Part shown: positions 57,463 through 64,000 of the stretch, one piece after another
Numbering within the stretch: the stretch's first letter is position 1
How the letters are laid out: the number at the start of each line of letters is the position of its first letter
NCBI GenBank assembly: GCA_020510985.1
Contig: CM035843.1
Span: 157,059,922 to 157,123,921 of the forward strand
Source of the DNA: Pholidichthys leucotaenia
Lineage: Eukaryota
Direction: 5' to 3'
DNA: 64,000 nucleotides
Program-made: the position numbers and the translations under genes
The notes under the pieces: model-generated
What the model was told of the DNA's origin: nothing
The model's database searches: none
What the model saw: the letters and a program-made list of their open reading frames with translations, nothing else

Positions 57463-58634
57463 TCAGTCCATATGCTGCTTGGGCCTCAGTCTTCTCCCGT
57501 ATCTGCTGTAAGCAGGCTTTACCACCTCCGCGGTGCCCTCCTGCTGGGGAGCTGCTGTCTGAGGATGAGAACTGTTAGTCAATCCCTGTGGGTGCTCTGG
57601 GGAATGCTCCCTAGGGGGTCTGCCGTGCCGAGGAGCCCTGGCCAACTGCACACCTTCGTCAGCCACCACAAAAGCGGGTTTGAGCCTGTTTATGCCAATC
57701 ATTTCTTTTCTGCCCCCCAAATCTAGCAAAAAATGCTTTTCTCCTGTCTCCAGCACTCTAAATGGTCCATCATAAGGTGGTCGCAACGGTGGGCGATGGG
57801 CATCGTGTCTGACAAAAACAAACTCCGCATTTTTTAAAGCCTTAGGCACAAAAACGCGCTGAAAACTGTGGTGAACGGGGCCAGGCAGCGTGCTTGATTC
57901 CGTGCTACTCTGCAACCGCTGAGCTGGGGAGCACTCTGGCGCCGGATTATCTGGGAGAAATTCCCCGGGCAGCCGAAGTGGCTGTGCGAAAACTAGCTCA
58001 GCCGGGGAGGCTTCTAAATCCTCTTTAGGTGCAGAACGCAACCCCAATAAAACCCATGGTAGCTTGTCCACCCAATTTGCATCCGTAAGCGACGCTCTGA
58101 GGGCCGCCTTCAATGACCTGTGAAAACGTTTGCATAACCCGTTAGCCTGGGGATCGTTGCCCCCAGGCTGCAGGCGATCACTGACCAAAGTTCGGAAACA
58201 AATTGAAGGCCTCTGTCGGACGTAATGTCCGACGGGACTCCAAAACGCGCTACCCATGCTGTTAAAAACGCGCGCGCCACCTCCTCGGCTGTGGTTGACG
58301 ACAGTGGGACCACTTCCGGCCAGCGCGTGGTGCGGTCAACCATTGTCAGAAGATGTGTGCACCCCTGTGAGGGCGGGAGGGGGCCTACGAGGTCCACGTG
58401 AACATGATCAAACCTCTTAGCTGGGATGTGAAACGGCTCCAAGGGAGCTCTCGTGTGTCTGTGTACCTTGGCTCGTTGACAAGCCATACAGGCTGCCGCC
58501 CACTCTCTAACTTGTTTGCACAGGTTCGGCCATACAAATTTCTCTCCCACCATTTTGACCGACGCGCGCACTCCCAGGTGCGCCAGAGAATGGATCGAGT
58601 CAAAAACGCGGCGGCGCCACGCGGCTGGTTCCAC
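57463..58634 (-). pseudogene. A2 integrase, in two overlapping ORFs with one frameshift.
   Basis: HSLAHLGVRASVKMV...CMACQRAK (HHCC), HVDLVGPLP and TSDRGLQFVS motifs; C-terminus similar to the A integrase. Confidence 0.75.
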
Positions 58635-58825
58635 ATGATGTGGTCGCCCAGTGGAGACATTGCAGATTGGGGGGGGGCATACCGTCTTGCAGCACCCTGT
58701 TCTCCAGCCTTAACCCTGTTGGTCCAGACTGGAGCGCGCGCACGTCCGCGTCATTAACCTGATCCGCGGCCATGGCTGCATAATCTATCCCTACCCAGAC
58801 TGGGGCCGTGTGCACTTCTGCGTCG

Positions 58826-60751
58826 CTAACCCGATCTGCGGCCATGGCTGAAATCTACCCCTACGCGGGCTGGAGCTGCCACGGCGCGCGAGAGGCAGTC
58901 TGCCACTACATTAAGTTTACCCGCCACATGCTGGATATCGGTAGTAAACTCTGAGATCGCGGCCAGCTGTCTCTGCTGCCGGCCCGACCACGGTTCTGAA
59001 ACCTTGGCCATCGCGAAAGTCAGCAGCTTGTGGTCCATGAACGCGGTGAAACGGCGTCCTTCCAGCCAGAACTGGAAGTGGCGAATGGCCAAGTGGAGAG
59101 CTAACAACTTCCTGTCGAATGCGCTGTATTTTCGTTCACTATCGCGCAAGGTCCTGCTGAAAAAGGCGAGTGGTTGCCAAGCTCCGGCTACATACTGCTC
59201 CATGACCGCCCCTATGGCCACATCTGACGCTTCAGTAGTGAGCGCTATGCGGGCCGTTGGGACTGGATGTGTTAACAATGCAGCATTTGCCAGGGCTGTT
59301 TTAACTTCCGAGAATGCGCGCTCTCGCTCTGGAGACCATTCGATTTTATTTGTGGGTTTTTGTTTTTTTAGTGCAGCATACAATGGTTGCATGAGCTGCG
59401 CTGCGCGGGGGAGGAAACAGTTATAAAAATTCACCATTCCCAAAAACTCCTGTAACGCTTTGACCGTTTGTGGCTGAGGAAAATTTGTTACTGCGCGCAC
59501 TTTGTCAGGCAGAGGAACTGCTCCTTCTGGAGAGACGTGATGCCCCAAAAAATCAATCTGCGTCACCCCGAACTGACACTTCGCTGGGTTGATTATTAAC
59601 CCGTGCTCTCCCAACCTCCGGAAAACTGCCATGAGGTGGTTTTCGTGTTCGTCTTCGGACGCACTGGCTACCAATATATGGTCCAGGTAGATGAAAACGA
59701 AGGGGAGATCGCGCAACACCGCGTCCATCATGCGTTGGAACGTCTGCGCCGCGCCTTTAAGCCCAAACGGCATGCGCAAAACCTCGAATAGCCCGAACGG
59801 AGTTATTACCACTGTTTTGGGTATGTCTTCAGTGTGCACTGGGACCTGGTGGTAACCGCGTACCAAGTCTATCTTAGAAAAAACGCGCGCCCCCGCCAAA
59901 TGAACTGAAAAATCTTGGATATGCGGGATTGGGTAGCGGTCGTGCGCTGTAGCGTTGTTCAACCTGCGGAAATCTCCGTAAGGTCGCCTCGAGCCATCAG
60001 TTTTCGGGACCATGTGAAGCGGTGAAGCCCATGGGCTTTTCGAACGCCTGATGATGCCCAACTTTTCCAGGTTGGCGAACTCCTCACGCGCTATGGTCAG
60101 TTTAGCTGAATCCAAGCGCCGAGCTTTTGCAAAAACGGGCGGTCCGGTGGTAGTAATAAAATGTTCCACCCCGTGTTTAGCCATGGTCGCCGAAAATGTT
60201 GGAACCGTGAGTGCTGGGAACTGAGTGAGCAGTGTGTGGAACTTACCACTTGCAACTGTGACGTTGGCTTGTGCTGTTGGCGGGGCCACTCGAGCTGTAC
60301 AGGGAATAGAATAAAAAGAGAGTGCATTAACCAGGCGCCTGTTAGCAAGATCAACCAACAAACCATGTGAGCACAGAAAATCAGCCCCTAACATATTGAA
60401 ATTGACTGCAGCTATGACAAAAGTCCACTCAAATGTACGGCCGTGTAGGGACAGAAGCAGAGTCCTCTCACCAAAGGTCTTAATCGCCAAGTCGTTCGCT
60501 GCTGACACCCCGGGACCACTGGAAGGTGCCAGCCGGTCAGCGGAGGAAGGTGTGATGAAACTCAGCTGGGAGCCTGTGTCCACGAGGAAATGCCTCCCCG
60601 AGCGCGCATCCTTCAAGTAGAGCAGCTTGTTCTCCTCCCCGAGGGCCGCAGCTGCTACCAACCCACGGTCTTGGCATTTCCCGAGCGCTTGAAATGGCAC
60701 GGTGGTATACATTTGCGTGCCCTCTCTGTGAAGCGGCGATGGTAGAAACAA
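58826..60751 (-). CDS. A2 pol: protease, RT and RNase H in one 641-aa ORF.
   Basis: FLVDTGSQLSFI, FGLKGAAQTFQRMMD, FIYLDHILVASASEDEH, KCQFGVTQIDFLGHHVS, TEASDVAIGAVM and MDHKLLTF motifs. Confidence 0.85.
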   Translation of the reverse strand: MFLPSPLHREGTQMYTTVPFQALGKCQDRGLVAAAALGEENKLLYLKDARSGRHFLVDTGSQLSFITPSSADRLAPSSGPGVSAANDLAIKTFGERTLLLSLHGRTFEWTFVIAAVNFNMLGADFLCSHGLLVDLANRRLVNALSFYSIPCTARVAPPTAQANVTVASGKFHTLLTQFPALTVPTFSATMAKHGVEHFITTTGPPVFAKARRLDSAKLTIAREEFANLEKLGIIRRSKSPWASPLHMVPKTDGSRRPYGDFRRLNNATAHDRYPIPHIQDFSVHLAGARVFSKIDLVRGYHQVPVHTEDIPKTVVITPFGLFEVLRMPFGLKGAAQTFQRMMDAVLRDLPFVFIYLDHILVASASEDEHENHLMAVFRRLGEHGLIINPAKCQFGVTQIDFLGHHVSPEGAVPLPDKVRAVTNFPQPQTVKALQEFLGMVNFYNCFLPRAAQLMQPLYAALKKQKPTNKIEWSPERERAFSEVKTALANAALLTHPVPTARIALTTEASDVAIGAVMEQYVAGAWQPLAFFSRTLRDSERKYSAFDRKLLALHLAIRHFQFWLEGRRFTAFMDHKLLTFAMAKVSEPWSGRQQRQLAAISEFTTDIQHVAGKLNVVADCLSRAVAAPARVGVDFSHGRRSG

Positions 60752-61437
60752 AGGACGTCGTCTGCTCCGTGTTTCTTGGCCCCTGCCGCCGCCGTCGTCG
60801 GTGAGTCTGGTACTGCTGGCTCTGGCCCCCTGCCATCTCCGGACGTTGCGCCGAGCTCCGCTGCCGCGGCCATGGCCGCACGCTGTTTGGTGGCATTGAC
60901 GAGTCGTTGTGCCTCCTGGCCCAGCTCGCGGTAGTCTCGTCGGGCCAACAGTGGCGAACTGGCCAGGGTCACTCTCACCGCTGACGGTAGGGTCCTGAGG
61001 AAAAGGTGGGCGAAGATGAAGTGATCATCGTCAGAGTCTTTCAGTCTCAACAGCTTCTCCATCAGGTCCGCAGGCCTGTCGCTTTCAAATTCAGTCAGCG
61101 CCAGGAGCCCCTCTGCTCGCTCCTCCACCGAGGGGGTGAAGTACCGGATGAGTGCAGCCTTCAACGCGCCGTACTTGTCGCTGTCCGGCGGCTGGTTGAT
61201 CAGACTCTCCACATGCTGGGCTGTGTGGTTGTCCAGTTTTGCAACCACATGGTAGAACTTTGTGGCGTCTACCGAAATCCTCCGGAGGTTGAACTGCGCC
61301 TCGACCGCGTTAAACCAGGAGCGCCGATTGTTCTGCCAGAAGTCCAGTAGCTGAACTGTGGCTGCGTTCATTTGGCTGGCTCCTGACGAGTCTGGCTCGG
61401 GAGAATTTCTTTCACTCATGATACGTCTTAGGGTCAC
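60655..61437 (-). CDS. A2 gag-like protein (260 aa).
   Basis: LLDFWQNNRRSWFNAVEAQF and CFYHRRFTERARKCIPPC. It parallels the A gag. Confidence 0.7.
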   Translation of the reverse strand: MTLRRIMSERNSPEPDSSGASQMNAATVQLLDFWQNNRRSWFNAVEAQFNLRRISVDATKFYHVVAKLDNHTAQHVESLINQPPDSDKYGALKAALIRYFTPSVEERAEGLLALTEFESDRPADLMEKLLRLKDSDDDHFIFAHLFLRTLPSAVRVTLASSPLLARRDYRELGQEAQRLVNATKQRAAMAAAAELGATSGDGRGPEPAVPDSPTTAAAGAKKHGADDVLCFYHRRFTERARKCIPPCHFKRSGNAKTVGW

Positions 61438-61673
61438 CAGTGTGGAGAATGTGGAAATGACGAGGCTGAGTTTATCTCACGAGTCAGGTTTATTCCATTC
61501 TCCAACATCATCAAAAACAGAAAGAGAAAGAAACCCCCAGACATTTGTCCCTTTATACCCCAGGACATCAAAGCACACAATCACATTGTATTTAACCCCA
61601 AGTCACAATGCGTCTTCTTCCAGGTCTTCTCACCTCCACCTAAAGTCACTGGTGGCCAGGAAATCCCTCAAGG

Positions 61674-61983
61674 GCTGCACGGTGGCGCAGTGGTTTAGCA
61701 CTGTGGCAGCACAGTTTTACCCTCGGCCGGGGGACCGCGGGGATCATGAGATCGTGGGTTTGATCCCAGCCACCGACCAACAGTGAGCTGTGTGGAGTTT
61801 GCATGTTCTCCCCGTGTTGCGCGGGTTTACTCCGGGATTTCTCCGGTTTCCTCCCGCAAACCAAAAACCTGTAGGTTTAGGGCGCTCACGCACGCAGCGA
61901 CCGGCAGCCGGTGGCTTGTCACCAGACTGCAAACCAAATCTACCTACGGGTACAAATAAGTAACAAAAAAAAAAAAAAAAAAA
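61674..61983 (+). mobile_element. tRNA-derived SINE with a tRNA-like head, a conserved central domain, an L2-family-2-derived 3' end and a poly(A) tail of about 23 nt. It is inserted in the A2 5' LTR.
   Basis: A-box-like TGGCGCAGTGG at 61683 and B-box-like GGTTTGATCCC at 61758. Central domain TGTGGAGTTTGCATGTTCTCCCC. Its 3' 45 bp equal the end of the LINE at 17050..17090. The LTR sequence is contiguous in the other copy at 57235..57260. Confidence 0.8.
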
Positions 61984-63220
61984 AAGGCCATCTCTTTGCA
62001 TACAAAAGGCCACATTTCACATCCTCCTGTTATCTCCTAGGAGGCTCAGTCCTTTTGTTCATCTGAGACTTGAAGCATACAGTAAGCATACAGTAATATA
62101 CATGTGAAGCATATGAAACCCACATATGTGTCCCACACCAGTCTGATTTGACAGTAGCCACTATTGCTCACGTGCTCATTGTTCCATTGAAACTAGCTTC
62201 CATCCATCCATCCATCCATGCATCTACAGTTTATCCAGTGTCCGGGTCACAGACACAGCAGGGCGTTCAAGGCGTTCTCCTCCCATTAAGACCAGACAAA
62301 CAGCAATCAAGACTGGCGGTTCAGGTTTTTGTACAGACGGCGATATTGTTATAAAAAGGTTAATAGGCAGCGGTGTGATGACACAGCTGGATGGTGACAT
62401 CATCACGCCAGCCAATAAATGAGGAGAGTCGGCCATCTTAGGCCTCTCTCGACTCACAGCAATATAGTGTTCGGTATACAGCAAAGCTGTACTGTATTAT
62501 TAGTAGCTGATGTAATAAAGTTCATGTTTTGAGCAGACGCCACTCTCTGTGCATCATTCTGGGTTTACAGGCATAACAGATATCTCCATCATTAACATTC
62601 TGCACTGACGCAGAGACCCGTATAACAATGCATCTAAAAACCGAGAAAGTTCCGCACCTCTGCTGTCATTTGAATGTAAACGTCTTCATCACTACCACCC
62701 CAGGAGGACTAGCTGCAGCAACAGCGAAAGAACCAACAGGACTAACTGTACTCCTCAGAACTAGCAACTTCTACTATGTCTTTGTCTTGCACTTCTGAGT
62801 TGCCCGATTTGCGATTCTTTGGTAAACTGTACCAAATCTGATGTTCTACAGCTGCTTCAAACCCGAGGATGAACCGCCTGTAGCTGTATCATCCATTGTG
62901 TTCTGTGGACCAGGGGCCTCATGTACAAAGGGTACTTATGCACAAAAACATGGCATACTGTACGTCCTTTTCCACGGAAAATTTCGGATGTGTCTAGAAT
63001 GAAATGACCATGGAAATATGCGCAGCCCCACATCAACTTCATGGCTGGTGTACGTATGTTTCTACTGTTATTGGTCCGCTGGCAACACTTAGAGGTGATG
63101 TTGGGAGACTGATGATGACGTGAAAATGATTGTACACACCAGAGACACATGATAAACAAACATCCAACTGTGCACAATTAGATAGTGGATATAAAAACAA
63201 GCGCAAAGAAGTGCAGAAAT

Positions 63221-64000
63221 GCCTCTAACAACAATGGAATTAGCATTTTTAGAGGATATTGCAAATTGTGCAGTGAGAAGAGAAAGGGTATTGAGAGACA
63301 GAAGATTTTCTGGCTCAGGATGATGACTGGCTTGTCAGGTGGTTTAGGTTTCCATGGGCAGTCCTTGTGGAGCTGTTGTCAGAGCTACGGCCGCTCTTGG
63401 AGCGCGACATGGTGAGAAGCCGAGTGCTGCCTGTCCCAGTGCAGGTGCTGACAATAACGGGGTTTCTGGCAACAGGGGCATGCCAGAGGGAGCTGGCAGA
63501 CCCATCAAGAATTTCCCAGTCAACCCTGAGCCAAGCTATGCTAGCTGTGTGGGATGGCATTATCCGACTGTCACCCAGGTACATCATATTCTATTCAATT
63601 CAATTCAATTCAACTTTATTTATATAGCGCCATTTCACAACAACAGTCATCTCATAGCACTATCAACTGTAGGGGGGGGGGGGGCAACTGCATTCTGATA
63701 CAATGCAGTTGAACAGGCCAACATCAAAGCACAATTTGCAGCGAGAGCCGGTTTTCCCAATGATTCTGATGAACAGCATTGTTGGGAACAAACTACAAGC
63801 TGGCACTGTGGGGATGGGTGGCTTCTTGGTGAGTAAATTCATGTAAGTGACCTAATAATAACCCACCTCATGTGCAACACACCTGTGCGCCACCAAATAT
63901 CACCCTGTCTTCAAGGCTTCATTACAAGTCAGTGGTTTGAGTAAGTGACTTCCTTTTTTTGCTGATTAAACAACAGCTTCACAGCATTCTACCAAGCCCC
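63221..64000 (+). pseudogene. PIF/Harbinger (HARBI1-like) transposase N-terminal region, frameshifted, interrupted by a LINE tail fragment and running off the window end.
   Basis: MELAFLEDIANCAVRRERVLRDRR, then in another frame QVLTITGFLATGACQRELADPSRISQSTLSQAML...PRYI (HTH block), and after the insert FP..IKAQFAARAGFPN. Confidence 0.55.
63592..63675 (-). mobile_element. ~85-bp 3'-tail fragment of the copy a/b LINE family inserted in the Harbinger transposase gene.
   Basis: CAATTCAATTCAACTTTATTTATATAGCGCCATTTCACAACAACAGTCATCTCATAGCACTATCAACTGTAGGGGG is near-identical to 90..170. Confidence 0.7.

Larger units (their letters stand above)
57001..62144 (-). mobile_element. LTR retrotransposon A2, a relative of A (gag-PR-RT-RH-IN), near-intact, with ~370-bp LTRs (TG...CA), PBS CTGGTGACC and TSD CCAG. 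A SINE is inserted in its 5' LTR.
   Basis: LTRs at 57001..57384 and at 61441..62144 (the latter includes the SINE). CCAG at 56997..57000 and 62145..62148. The unoccupied target TTAAACATTCCCAAACTGTTTTGACAGTAGCC is seen at 55095..55125. Confidence 0.8.

Noticed and set aside
61674-61770. tRNA gene.
   Set aside because: A- and B-box-like motifs are present, but the spacing is too long for a tRNA. The sequence continues into a SINE central domain and a LINE tail, so it is a SINE head.

Overview
This 64-kb window reads as vertebrate, most likely teleost fish, intergenic DNA made almost entirely of interleaved transposable elements nested up to three levels deep. I found no convincing host protein-coding gene, rRNA or genuine tRNA gene, and nothing prokaryotic such as CRISPR. 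All family names are inferred from motifs read in the supplied ORF translations and from in-window self-similarity; no database search could be run, and coordinates are approximate (about +/-5 bp).

Main blocks:
- 1..11172: a CR1/L2-like LINE fragment (family 4) split by a full-length CR1/L2-like LINE (copy a, minus strand) that has an esterase-type ORF1. This LINE is itself interrupted by a 3.7-kb non-autonomous LTR element. A non-autonomous PIF/Harbinger element carrying a Myb/SANT-like ORF sits in the 3' UTR of the outer LINE.
- 11887..24246: a Ty3/Gypsy element (G1, minus strand). Its 3' LTR is split by an L2-like LINE (family 2) that carries a Tc1 transposon. Its pol is interrupted by a Jockey/I-like LINE fragment and by a 1-kb TIR element.
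- 24247..28886: an LTR retrotransposon (A, gag-PR-RT-RH-IN) with an L2 tail fragment inserted in its RT.
- 29745..40690: L2-like and Rex1/Babar-like LINE fragments, a non-autonomous LTR element (X) nested in a LINE, and a SINE fragment.
- 40690..53600: a chromodomain-containing Gypsy element (G2, minus strand) inserted in a ~20-bp-unit satellite. Its 3' LTR is split by a second full-length copy of the esterase-ORF1 LINE, and its gag is split by an L2 fragment.
- 53600..57000: satellite arrays in both orientations, inverted 130-bp arms, a diverged solo LTR and a foldback element.
- 57001..62144: a near-intact relative of A (A2, minus strand) with a tRNA-derived SINE inserted in its 5' LTR.
- 62225..64000: a Harbinger (HARBI1-like) transposase pseudogene, disrupted by a LINE tail fragment.

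The most notable points are a SINE whose 3' end is built from the 5' and 3' ends of the co-resident L2 LINE, three LTR elements sharing the PBS CTGGTGACC (one autonomous-looking, one non-autonomous), a TIR element with an atypical 6-bp TSD carrying a LINE 5' fragment, and a Harbinger autonomous/non-autonomous pair.
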